A program made the translations under genes and the position numbers. From Candidatus Saccharimonadia bacterium (GTDB taxonomy: Bacteria; Patescibacteriota; Saccharimonadia; UBA4664): 64,000 nucleotides of DNA. The notes under the pieces were generated by a model. That model did no database searches, was not told where the DNA came from, and saw only the letters and a list, made by a program, of their open reading frames with translations. This document shows positions 10,102-18,622 of this stretch, in pieces (within the stretch, counting starts at the first letter, position 1; the number at the start of each line of letters is the position of its first letter). Location of the stretch: contig JBBRSS010000001.1 in assembly GCA_038245115.1 (NCBI GenBank), positions 25,234 to 89,233 on the forward strand, in the 5' to 3' direction.

Positions 10102-11751
10102 GTGGCCATCAAGAGCCAGACAAAGTTTATTTTTGTAACTGGGGGCGTCCTTTCCGGACTCGGGAAAGGCATCACCGCAGCTTCTATAGGGACAATCCTT
10201 AAAGCTCGCGGTTTTTCTGTAAATATCCAAAAATGCGACCCCTATCTCAATACCGACGCCGGTACCATGAATCCCGCCGAACACGGCGAAGTCTTTGTTA
10301 CCAAAGACGGTGCCGAAACCGATCTGGACCTTGGCCACTACGAGCGTTTCCTAGATGAAGAAGTGGGCCGCTCCAGCTCGCTGATGAACGGCCGCATCTA
10401 CGCTAACGTTTTAGCCGACGAACGAGCCGGAAAATACCTCGGCAAAACCGTTCAGATCATTCCCCACATCACTGGCGAGATAGTCAAACGAATAATGGAG
10501 GCGGGCGATGGGTTCGACTTCCACATCGTTGAAATTGGCGGAACGGTGGGGGATATTGAATCCTTGGCATTCCTAGAAGCCATCCGTCAACTGCGCCACA
10601 AAGTGGGTCCTGAGCACACAATGTACGTCCACGTGGTATATCTGCCATATCTCGAAGCTTCGCACGAAATCAAGACCAAGCCGGCTCAAAACGCCGTCCG
10701 CGACCTGCGTGAGGCCGGTATCCGACCCGACATTATCGTTGCCCGAGCCGAGCGGCCGGTAAATCACAATATTTTGCAAAAACTCAGCTCATTTTGTGAT
10801 GTTGAGCTAGCCGGTATCGTGCCGATGCAGACAGTTAAAACCGTCTATGAAGTCCCGCTGCTCCTTGAGGAGGCCGGCATTGGCAACTACATCACCAAGC
10901 GCCTTGGTCTTAAATCTCGTCGAGCCAAGCTAGCCGACTGGAACCGCCTAGTCAATCTCATCAAGCACCCCGACCACCGCTCCATCAAAATCGGCGTCGT
11001 GGCCAAGTACATGGAAAATGAAGATACCTATTTGAGCGTCTTTGAGGCCATCAGGTCGGCCGGCTGGGCCAACCGAATTCGCCCGGAAATTTGCTGGATT
11101 AATGCCGAAAAGATTGAAGGCGATCCGAGTCTCCTCGACGGCTACGACGGTCTCGTTGTGCCCGGCGGTTTTGGCAGCCGTGGCGTCGAAGGCAAAATTA
11201 TCGCCGGCCGCTACGCTATGGATCACAACATCCCATACCTCGGACTTTGCCTTGGTATGCAAACCGCCGTCATCGCCCTAGCCCGCAAAGCCGGCCTCGA
11301 AGGTGCCAACAGCACCGAAGTAAACCCGGACACCCTCTATCCCGTCATCGACATCATGGCCGACCAAAAAGACGTTATCGATAAAGGTGGCACCATGCGG
11401 CTCGGCAATTACCCCTGCGTGCTTGCTAAAAATACTCATTCCGCCGCTGCTTACGGCGTAAAACAGATCCAGGAGCGACACCGCCACCGCTATGAATTCA
11501 ATAACAGTTACCGCGAACGTCTCCAAGCTGCCGGGCTGATTATTGCCGGGCAGTCACCAGACAAACATCTTGTTGAAATCATCGAGATATCAGGCCACCC
11601 GTACTTCGTTGCCAGCCAGTTCCACCCCGAATTTAAATCCCGACCCAGCCGACCTCATCCATTGTTTGACGGCTTTATCAAAGCTGCTGCCGGCGAAATC
11701 AGCAAACCCGCTACCCATACTGCAAGCAAACGTAGTATAGTCGAGTTATGA
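10102..11751 (+). CDS. pyrG: CTP synthase
   Basis: FIFVTGGVLSGLGKG, DPYLNTDAGTMNP, GLCLGMQ, QFHPEF; start uncertain (10069, 10096 or 10102). Confidence 0.98.
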   Translation: MAIKSQTKFIFVTGGVLSGLGKGITAASIGTILKARGFSVNIQKCDPYLNTDAGTMNPAEHGEVFVTKDGAETDLDLGHYERFLDEEVGRSSSLMNGRIYANVLADERAGKYLGKTVQIIPHITGEIVKRIMEAGDGFDFHIVEIGGTVGDIESLAFLEAIRQLRHKVGPEHTMYVHVVYLPYLEASHEIKTKPAQNAVRDLREAGIRPDIIVARAERPVNHNILQKLSSFCDVELAGIVPMQTVKTVYEVPLLLEEAGIGNYITKRLGLKSRRAKLADWNRLVNLIKHPDHRSIKIGVVAKYMENEDTYLSVFEAIRSAGWANRIRPEICWINAEKIEGDPSLLDGYDGLVVPGGFGSRGVEGKIIAGRYAMDHNIPYLGLCLGMQTAVIALARKAGLEGANSTEVNPDTLYPVIDIMADQKDVIDKGGTMRLGNYPCVLAKNTHSAAAYGVKQIQERHRHRYEFNNSYRERLQAAGLIIAGQSPDKHLVEIIEISGHPYFVASQFHPEFKSRPSRPHPLFDGFIKAAAGEISKPATHTASKRSIVEL

Positions 11752-12149
11752 ACAATACCAAGGCACGAATTCTGCTCGTAGAAGATGATTTAGCGCTTGC
11801 CACCGCCTATCTAGTACGCATGGAAGCCGAAGGCTTCGACGTTCGTCACTGTCCTGATGGTGAACTTGCGCTGCAGGAGGCCACCGAGTATCACCCCGAT
11901 CTTATTCTCCTGGACATCATGATGCCAAAGATATCCGGATTTGATGTTCTCGACATTCTGCGCAATACCAAAGAGACCTCCCACACCAAGATCATCATCC
12001 TCACCGCTCTATCGCAACCCGCCGACCGCCAACGAGCGAAAGATCTGGGGGCAGATGAATACCTGGTAAAATCCCAAGCGGTTGTAGCCGACGTCATGAA
12101 GCGCATTCGCTTTCACCTCGGTATCAAAGAGCCTCAACCCGCCGAATAA
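11748..12149 (+). CDS. Stand-alone receiver-domain response regulator
   Basis: LLVEDD, LLDIMMPK, YLVKS; no output domain. Confidence 0.93.
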   Translation: MNNTKARILLVEDDLALATAYLVRMEAEGFDVRHCPDGELALQEATEYHPDLILLDIMMPKISGFDVLDILRNTKETSHTKIIILTALSQPADRQRAKDLGADEYLVKSQAVVADVMKRIRFHLGIKEPQPAE

Positions 12150-12158
12150 CTGAAATAC

Positions 12159-12190
12159 TAAAAAGCCCCTCAATCGTGAGGGGCTTTTTA
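12159..12190. terminator. Bidirectional intrinsic terminator between the convergent regulator and rpmA
   Basis: AAAAAGCCCCTCA-atcg-TGAGGGGCTTTTT. Confidence 0.9.
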
Positions 12191-12211
12191 TTTATTCAGA
12201 ATATGCTCGAG

Positions 12212-12499
12212 TTAAGACGATTTTTGGTCGACTACCGAAACGTAAGTCCGCCGCACCCTGGCACCGGTAAACTTCTGAATTTTCTTAGTTGAGAACTGAA
12301 CGAATCCATCAACCAGGGCAAACAAAGTATGGTCGCGACCAACTCCCACGCCGACACCGGCTTCCATGCGGGTACCGCGCTGTCGAACCAGCACACCGCC
12401 CGAACGGACGAACTGATCGCCAAAGAGCTTTACGCCGAGTCGCTTTGATTCACTATCGCGGCCAGTCTTGACTGAACCGCCAGCTTTTGTATGTGACAT
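12212..12499 (-). CDS. rpmA: 50S ribosomal protein L27
   Basis: [37 protein letters not shown]. Confidence 0.97.
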   Translation of the reverse strand: MSHTKAGGSVKTGRDSESKRLGVKLFGDQFVRSGGVLVRQRGTRMEAGVGVGVGRDHTLFALVDGFVQFSTKKIQKFTGARVRRTYVSVVDQKSS

Positions 12500-12502
12500 A
12501 GT

Positions 12503-13645
12503 TTATATCTTCCTCAATAACAATAATTGCCGTCCGACGACTTGATCCGCACGAGCATAAAGTGGTGGGCCGGATAACCCACGAAAACTCTTAAGAGTGT
12601 AGCCTAAACGAGCCAGTTCGTCAATCATCCCCAGATAGTGCCAATCGTTACCGATGCGCCAGGCAGGTACGCACAAACTAACCTCGCCGCCAGAGGCAAG
12701 TTGAGTCGCCCAGTTCGCCAAAGCGGCCTCATAGAGCGCCCGTAGTTCAGTCCGAACCTCCTTGAGCTCACCCGGGCTCGGTGAACGCATAAGATTGGGG
12801 CCCAAATAACCCTCACTCACGACCGCGCATCCATCCGGCAGCGCCACCTCTCGAGCGTCCGCCAACTCCGCCTTCCATTTCGGCAGCTGCTGCGAAACTT
12901 GCTGCTGTAGCCAAGTCAGATTAGTGCGAGTTGCCGCCACCATCTCCTCTGAGAGATCGGACCCCTGCGCAACGCGTCCCAACAGTAACGCTTCCTGAGG
13001 TATTACCCCCGTCCCGCAAAATGGGTCGTAAACTAACGATGCCTGCACCGAGTTCACCAGTATCTGTGCCAACTTCGGCGGCAGCATACCAACCCTCGCA
13101 CTTCTAGCTGGGCGATCATAGTCGCGGCGCGAGTACCAATCTATATCCTGCACGCCCAATGTCCGTGCTACGACCATCTCAGCTCCACTGGCGATCACCA
13201 ACAGCTCAAACCCATCCTCAATCACCCGGTTATAGTGCAGCTCAGCCGCCGACACTACCAGTCCCTTAGACGCCATTACGAATCGTACCGAACCGCCGGC
13301 CCGCTCACGCAAAGTATTTTTTAGCTCAAGCCCAGCAGCCATCAGCATCTTCGGCGTATCTTTAAACCCGTAGGCGCTAATCGAAAACGGTGTTTTACCC
13401 TCTGCTTGTACCGGCAGCTGCTCCACATTCACCGGCAGGGCGCGCAAGGCTGTCACCGGACCGCGATATAGAACTTCTGCAACCTTAACGGTTCCCCCCA
13501 GCCGATCCGTGTGTACGGCTTCGCTAATCAACGCTGCCTGCCGACCAAACGACTGCACCTGCTCACGACCCAGCACGCACTCCAGCTCCACGAGCCCAAG
13601 CTCCGGCTGCCGACCCAATATTGTAATGTAATTTAGTGACGACAT
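12503..13645 (-). CDS. Trm11-like SAM-dependent RNA methyltransferase
   Basis: GMLPPKLAQILVN, YDPFCGTG, GSD. Confidence 0.8.
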   Translation of the reverse strand: MSSLNYITILGRQPELGLVELECVLGREQVQSFGRQAALISEAVHTDRLGGTVKVAEVLYRGPVTALRALPVNVEQLPVQAEGKTPFSISAYGFKDTPKMLMAAGLELKNTLRERAGGSVRFVMASKGLVVSAAELHYNRVIEDGFELLVIASGAEMVVARTLGVQDIDWYSRRDYDRPARSARVGMLPPKLAQILVNSVQASLVYDPFCGTGVIPQEALLLGRVAQGSDLSEEMVAATRTNLTWLQQQVSQQLPKWKAELADAREVALPDGCAVVSEGYLGPNLMRSPSPGELKEVRTELRALYEAALANWATQLASGGEVSLCVPAWRIGNDWHYLGMIDELARLGYTLKSFRGLSGPPLYARADQVVGRQLLLLRKI

Positions 13646-13751
13646 AATCTAACAATTATAGCAAGTTTACCGAATTAATACTACCAGACCAAAACCACCT
13701 GCGGGTAATCAGCCGCATACCGGTGCAAAAAAATACTCTTGAAAAGTTTTT

Positions 13752-13778
13752 GGGGGGCGGGGATTAACCCCGCCCCCC
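13752..13778. terminator. GC-rich hairpin downstream of phoH, without an adjacent U-tract
   Basis: GGGGGGCGGGG-attaa-CCCCGCCCCCC. Confidence 0.6.
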
Positions 13779-13799
13779 TCAACCCTTGCTATGTAGCTA

Positions 13800-15152
13800 C
13801 TACGGCATCATGAGCGCTTCGAAGCCGCCCTTGCACTTGGCGAATTTGCCGCTGTACCGTGGCCTTACCGGCAAGTCGTCCCGCAGGATGCTCGCAGCCG
13901 AAGCTGCAATCCTCGACCTTACGGCATCCACCAGCTCGACATGGCCAAACAAGGGGTTGCCACGGTACTCCTCGATGATGGCGGCAATGCCATCATGCCT
14001 GCCAACGCGAGGGTTGTCGCGCTGATCGACATCGTGGGTTAATATGACTCTCGATCCCTCACCGATCCTTTCGATCAAGTTCAGTAGCGCAATGCGCTCG
14101 AAGGATTGGGCTTCGTCCACGATCACAAAGCAGTTGTGGAATGTTCGCCCTCTGATGTGTGTCACCGGAATAATCTCCAGGCTACCACTATTGAACACAC
14201 CGTCGATCTGCGCGACATTTTCGACACTGTCGAATATCGCTTGGGTCCACGGCTCCATCTTCTCCGCCTGAGTTCCAGGCAAATAGCCGAGGTCAGCTCC
14301 TGCCACCTCATCGATGGGACGAATCACGATGATCTTCTTGGCTTGACCGCTGTTAATGGCGTGAAGACCTGCAACTACTGCGATAACGGTCTTGCCCGTA
14401 CCCGCCCTTCCACCGAGCGAGACAATTCCGATATCCGGATCACGCAAAAGGTCGAACGCCAACAGCTGCTCAGGATTGCGCGCCGTCAGTGAATCCTTGC
14501 CCAAGGGCAGTTTTTCCACTCGCCGTACGACACCGTCCTTACAAAGCCGTGTCAACACCGTCTGTCCGCTAGGTATGACCATCTTGAAGCCGGTGTTCAC
14601 GGGTACCTCATCGGTGGTAGCTAGCCGGCAACGCCCTTCCTCAACCGCCGCCAGAGTTTCGTTCGCTACATGGACCGTTTCGATACCAGTCCACGCGGTA
14701 TCCGCCTGGACCCGTCGGTAGTCCTCCACCCTGATTCCAAGGGAGGAGGCCATAAGACGCGTTGCCATATCCTTTGAGACCAGAGTGACGTTTTCGCCTT
14801 TTTCCATAAGGTTGTATGCCACCAACAAGATGCGCGACATGTCGTCAGTCTGGAATCCAGCCGGCAACTTGCCGGGTCCTACGTGGTTGACCTCCACCCT
14901 GAGCGTCCCACCTTTGTCATTCAGTGGAATGTCGACGTCTAGACGCCCGTGGTCCTCGCGCAAGCTGTCGATCTGGGCCAAAGCCGCAAGCGCCCGCCCG
15001 CCAACCTCAGGGTCACGGCGCTTGGCCTGGAGCTGAGGTATGACGACCAGTGGCACTACCACTGGATGCTCATCGAACCGGTCGAACGCTCGAGGGTCCG
15101 CGAGCAGAACCGACGCATCAATCACATAGGTCCTGCGGGCTCCGTTACTCAT
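13800..15152 (-). CDS. phoH: PIN-PhoH (PhoH2-type) protein: N-terminal PIN domain + PhoH ATPase/RNA helicase
   Basis: TYVIDASVLLADP..VVVPLVVI..SKD PIN domain; GRAGTGKT, GYLPG, RGRTF, VDEAQ; GGAGAGG SD before ATG 15152 (track start is 15206). Confidence 0.92.
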   Translation of the reverse strand: MSNGARRTYVIDASVLLADPRAFDRFDEHPVVVPLVVIPQLQAKRRDPEVGGRALAALAQIDSLREDHGRLDVDIPLNDKGGTLRVEVNHVGPGKLPAGFQTDDMSRILLVAYNLMEKGENVTLVSKDMATRLMASSLGIRVEDYRRVQADTAWTGIETVHVANETLAAVEEGRCRLATTDEVPVNTGFKMVIPSGQTVLTRLCKDGVVRRVEKLPLGKDSLTARNPEQLLAFDLLRDPDIGIVSLGGRAGTGKTVIAVVAGLHAINSGQAKKIIVIRPIDEVAGADLGYLPGTQAEKMEPWTQAIFDSVENVAQIDGVFNSGSLEIIPVTHIRGRTFHNCFVIVDEAQSFERIALLNLIERIGEGSRVILTHDVDQRDNPRVGRHDGIAAIIEEYRGNPLFGHVELVDAVRSRIAASAASILRDDLPVRPRYSGKFAKCKGGFEALMMP

Positions 15153-15283
15153 GATGTACCTCTCCAAACGGGGTGCGAGGGTTGTTTTGTCGATGATCAC
15201 GGCCATATTGGCCGCATAAGATATACGATATAATATTCTACAGTATCAGTCAAAGATCTGAATCTGATGGCAACTCAGAGTTG

Positions 15284-15313
15284 TTGACAAACAATTCAAC
15301 GATTCCATAAGAT
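15284..15313 (+). promoter_or_regulatory. Sigma70 promoter for a leaderless short ORF
   Basis: TTGACA (15284-89), 18 nt, TAAGAT (15308-13), 6 nt, ATG 15320. Confidence 0.6.
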
Positions 15314-15319
15314 ATAGCC

Positions 15320-15394
15320 ATGGGTAGCATAAGCACAAATCTTAGACGTGCAGAGATATGGCTCACATCCCATGTATACCGTTCTCAGCACTGA
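15320..15394 (+). CDS. Putative leaderless 24-aa peptide MGSISTNLRRAEIWLTSHVYRSQH (candidate leader peptide)
   Basis: ATG sits at the expected +1 of the promoter; the stop codon overlaps the 5' arm of a terminator. Confidence 0.45.
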   Translation: MGSISTNLRRAEIWLTSHVYRSQH

Positions 15395-15420
15395 ACCGCC
15401 CATTTCCGGGCGGTTCTTTT
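15393..15420 (+). terminator. Intrinsic terminator / candidate attenuator
   Basis: GAACCGCCC-atttcc-GGGCGGTTC-TTTT. Confidence 0.75.
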
Positions 15421-15424
15421 GAAA

Positions 15425-15727
15425 TCCAGAGTGAAAGGCGCGTAACAACTTCTAAGTTCTACCTGAGCCAACCAGGCACAGGAAGCTCGCGGAGGTTCCG
15501 CGATGATCGGAGGGGTAACCCATGAAGTACAAGGCGACCATCGGCAGCGATATCCAGCGGCCAATGAAAGGAGGTAGGGCCTAGCCAGCCCTGCTGTACC
15601 TATCTCGCTGCCCAGCGCATGGGTTTCCGGCGGGGGAAATGAACCGCTGGTAAGTATCACTTACCTTCTCGCACCCTGGAGGCCACCCTAGCGGGTGTGG
15701 GGCGCATGCTGCGCCCCACACCCGCTA
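15425..15727 (+). ncRNA. Candidate structured RNA of unknown family
   Basis: At least seven nested or adjacent inverted repeats, a closing stem and a final perfect 18-bp hairpin; strand inferred from the upstream promoter. Confidence 0.45.
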
Positions 15728-15779
15728 AAGCAATTACTTGCATGCCACCGTCCGCCAGTACTCAAGCTATAATACTTAT

Positions 15780-17030
15780 ATGTCACCGCAAATTATATCT
15801 GTCAGTGAATTTCTGGCCATCATCAACGAAACCCTCAACTTCGCCTACCCCCAGGTGGTCGTAGAAGGGGAGGTCTCGGGCTTCAAAATTAGCCAGGGCA
15901 AATTTGCCTTTTTTGACCTCAAAGACGACAAAAGTCTACTTGGTTGTTTTATGATGGCCCGGGATATCAAACTGCCCATCGAAGACGGTATGAAAATCCG
16001 CGTCACCGGTGCACCAAAAGTATTTCCGAAATCCAGCCGCTTTAGCCTCACCGTGCGCGATATCGAGCTCGCCGGAGAGGGGGAGTTGCGCCGCGCCATG
16101 GAGCTGCTCAAGAAAAAACTCACTGCCGAAGGCTTGTTTGATCCCGCCCGCAAACGGCCGATTCCTAAGTTTCCTGCTCGAATTGGCCTCATCACCTCAG
16201 GAACTTCGGCGGCCTACGGTGACTTCATCAAAATTCTCGGGACGCGTTGGAGTGGGGTAGAAGTGCTGCTGGCCGACGTCAGCGTGCAAGGCCTGCAGGC
16301 GCCCGATCAGATTATTGGCGCCCTGGAATACTTCAATCATCTTAGCCCGCCGGTCGACGTCGTGGTACTCATTAGAGGCGGCGGCTCGCTCGAAGACCTC
16401 ATCGCTTTCTCCACGGAACCTGTAGCGCGCGCCGTAGCTGCCAGCCGCACGCCAATAATCGTCGGCGTCGGGCATGAAATCGACGTATCACTGTCCGACT
16501 ACGCCGCCGACCTGCGCGCCGCCACCCCTACCGATGCCGCCCGCCTGGTAGTACCCGACCGCAACGAAGTTCTCGCCCACATCAAACACCTCAGCTCGCG
16601 CCAAAGCACCTCCCTCGCATCCAGAGTCGCCCAGTACCACCTGCGCACCGACCGGGCGCTGAGCCGCCTCGAAGCAGCCCTGCGCTACCCTCGCGAACGT
16701 GTAGCCGCCCACGAAGCCAAACTCGAACGCGGCCTCGACCGTTTATTGTCCGCCGTACAATCAAGTACCCAAAATACCATTGCCTTACAGCAGCGGCTCA
16801 CCGACCGCACCAATGCACTGCTAAACCAACGCCACCAACAAATACTGAGTCTTAACCGAATTCTGCGCGGCTTCGATCCCCAGGCAGTCCTGGCTCGCGG
16901 CTACTCGATAGTTCGGGTCAACAATAAAATCCTCCGCCAAGCCAACCAAGCAGCGCCAGGAATGGGTCTCATGATACAATTGGCCAAAGGTCATATTGCT
17001 GCGGAGGTTAAAAATATCGATGACAACTAA
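15780..17030 (+). CDS. xseA: Exodeoxyribonuclease VII large subunit
   Basis: VEGEVS, FFDLKD, RGGGSLEDL, GVGHEIDVSLSDYAADLRAATPT, VLARGYS. Confidence 0.96.
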   Translation: MSPQIISVSEFLAIINETLNFAYPQVVVEGEVSGFKISQGKFAFFDLKDDKSLLGCFMMARDIKLPIEDGMKIRVTGAPKVFPKSSRFSLTVRDIELAGEGELRRAMELLKKKLTAEGLFDPARKRPIPKFPARIGLITSGTSAAYGDFIKILGTRWSGVEVLLADVSVQGLQAPDQIIGALEYFNHLSPPVDVVVLIRGGGSLEDLIAFSTEPVARAVAASRTPIIVGVGHEIDVSLSDYAADLRAATPTDAARLVVPDRNEVLAHIKHLSSRQSTSLASRVAQYHLRTDRALSRLEAALRYPRERVAAHEAKLERGLDRLLSAVQSSTQNTIALQQRLTDRTNALLNQRHQQILSLNRILRGFDPQAVLARGYSIVRVNNKILRQANQAAPGMGLMIQLAKGHIAAEVKNIDDN

Positions 17031-17319
17031 GCCATTTGAATTCGAAAAAGCCCTACAAGAACTCGAGGCCATCACCGCGTGGTTCGAGCAAACCGATGTT
17101 GACCTCGACATGGGTCTGGCCAAATTTGAACGCGGCATGGAGCTCGCAGGTGAACTAAAAACCCATTTAGCCACGGTCGAAAACCGTGTCGAAAAAATCC
17201 GCCAGCGCTTCTCGGCCGCCAAATCCAGCCCAGAATTAACGAATTCCGAACCGACCGACTCTGAAGCGAACGATGTTTCCCTAGAATCCCAAGACCAAAC
17301 CGACCTCTTCGGAGCGTAA
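17020..17319 (+). CDS. xseB: Exodeoxyribonuclease VII small subunit
   Basis: FEKALQELEAI..LAKFERGMEL; overlaps the end of xseA. Confidence 0.92.
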   Translation: MTTKPFEFEKALQELEAITAWFEQTDVDLDMGLAKFERGMELAGELKTHLATVENRVEKIRQRFSAAKSSPELTNSEPTDSEANDVSLESQDQTDLFGA

Positions 17320-17322
17320 AAA

Positions 17323-17823
17323 TTGTTAATCTATATCCTCCTTGCACTTGTGATACCCTTTGGTATCGGCGCCATCATTGGGGCGCCCTATGTACCTATT
17401 CTTCGGCGAGATAGCGAACGCATTCTCAAATTGGCCGCCCTCAAGCCCGGCCAAACTCTCGTTGACCTCGGATCAGGCGACGGCCGACTCCTGCGCGCTG
17501 CCGCTGCCCAAGGCATTAACTGCATTGGCTACGAAATTAATCCTTATCTCGTCTGGATATCTCGCCTAGTATGTTGGCGCTACCGCAAGCTCGTCACCAT
17601 CCACGCTGCCGATATTTGGCGTACCGAACTACCTCGGGCTGACGTAATCTACGTCTTTGGTCTCGAACGGTACATGGAACGCTTAGAGCGCAAATTCAAT
17701 ACCGAGATCACCCAACCAACCACAGTTATCTCCTACATTTTTCGGTTGCCTTCCGCCTCACCAACCCACCAAACACACAATACCTATACCTACGAATTTG
17801 GCTTCGTTAATACGGCCGCTTGA
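17323..17823 (+). CDS. Membrane-anchored class I SAM-dependent methyltransferase
   Basis: GAPYVP, VDLGSGDGR, GYEINP. Confidence 0.85.
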   Translation: MLIYILLALVIPFGIGAIIGAPYVPILRRDSERILKLAALKPGQTLVDLGSGDGRLLRAAAAQGINCIGYEINPYLVWISRLVCWRYRKLVTIHAADIWRTELPRADVIYVFGLERYMERLERKFNTEITQPTTVISYIFRLPSASPTHQTHNTYTYEFGFVNTAA

Positions 17824-17859
17824 AACTCAGCTCCACCCGTTGTAGCATAAGTATTAACG

Positions 17860-18552
17860 ATGGATAACCAACCAATCATCCCAACCAGTTCCGGGCCGTT
17901 CAGCTCGGCTCCCTCAGGCTCAGGTCGAGGTCCTTTGTTTATAGCACTGATTGTAGTGCTAGGTCTTGGCACAATCATATTCGGAGTACTCACAGTCACC
18001 TTCTCAAACAAAGCCGCAGCCACGGAAAAATCAACCACCCAGCAAAAGGCGGCGGCAGCAGCGGCGGCCCGCGATGAGCAAAAAAGCCTCGATCATATCG
18101 AGTTCACCAAGATCAACGAGACGCCCTACCGTGCCTACAACGCACCCCAACAATTTGGCTCCTTCGTAATAAATTTCCCTAAAAACTGGAGCAGCTCGGT
18201 TCGAGAACAGAACTCAGGCACACAGGTGAGCCTGGCTCTCAACCCTGAATTTATTCGCAATTCCAACGGTCAAGACGAAATTACGGCCATTCGGGTACTA
18301 TTCATGACAACCCCACAGTCCCAATATATGGCCCAATACGCCGGCAACATCAAGAACGGAAAAATGAAACAAGCCAAAACTACCGTATCCGGTCAACCAG
18401 CCTATGATGTCACCGGAACATTCAGCGGCCGCAAAACCATCCGTGAAGTAATCGTTCCGGTTCGCGATAAAGTATTGGTATTTAGCTCTGAGTCACCTCA
18501 ATACGCCGCGGAATTTAATGCCGTTCTTAGCCAAGCCAAGATCATACCCTAA
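17860..18552 (+). CDS. Single-TM exported hypothetical protein (possibly PsbP-like fold)
   Basis: N-terminal TM segment, F.I.FPKNW motif, C-terminal FNAVLS. Confidence 0.7.
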   Translation: MDNQPIIPTSSGPFSSAPSGSGRGPLFIALIVVLGLGTIIFGVLTVTFSNKAAATEKSTTQQKAAAAAAARDEQKSLDHIEFTKINETPYRAYNAPQQFGSFVINFPKNWSSSVREQNSGTQVSLALNPEFIRNSNGQDEITAIRVLFMTTPQSQYMAQYAGNIKNGKMKQAKTTVSGQPAYDVTGTFSGRKTIREVIVPVRDKVLVFSSESPQYAAEFNAVLSQAKIIP

Positions 18553-18622
18553 TAATCCATCCGTCTAATGCTTGAGTGATGCAACTCCTAGATGCTACCG
18601 TTAGAGCTAGAAAGGTGGCACA

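Noticed and set aside
15385-15660. 91-aa - strand ORF from the track
   Set aside because: No SD or promoter, no protein-like features, and it overlaps the inverted-repeat-rich region better explained as RNA structure.
15425-15727. RNase P RNA, SRP RNA, tmRNA or group II intron as the identity of the structured region
   Set aside because: AGGAAGCTC and TGAAA resemble RNase P conserved regions, but no CR-V (ACA.AA...GGCUUA) closes P4. There is no SRP helix-8 motif, no tRNA-like ends and no intron domain V. A divergent 6S RNA cannot be fully excluded without cmscan.
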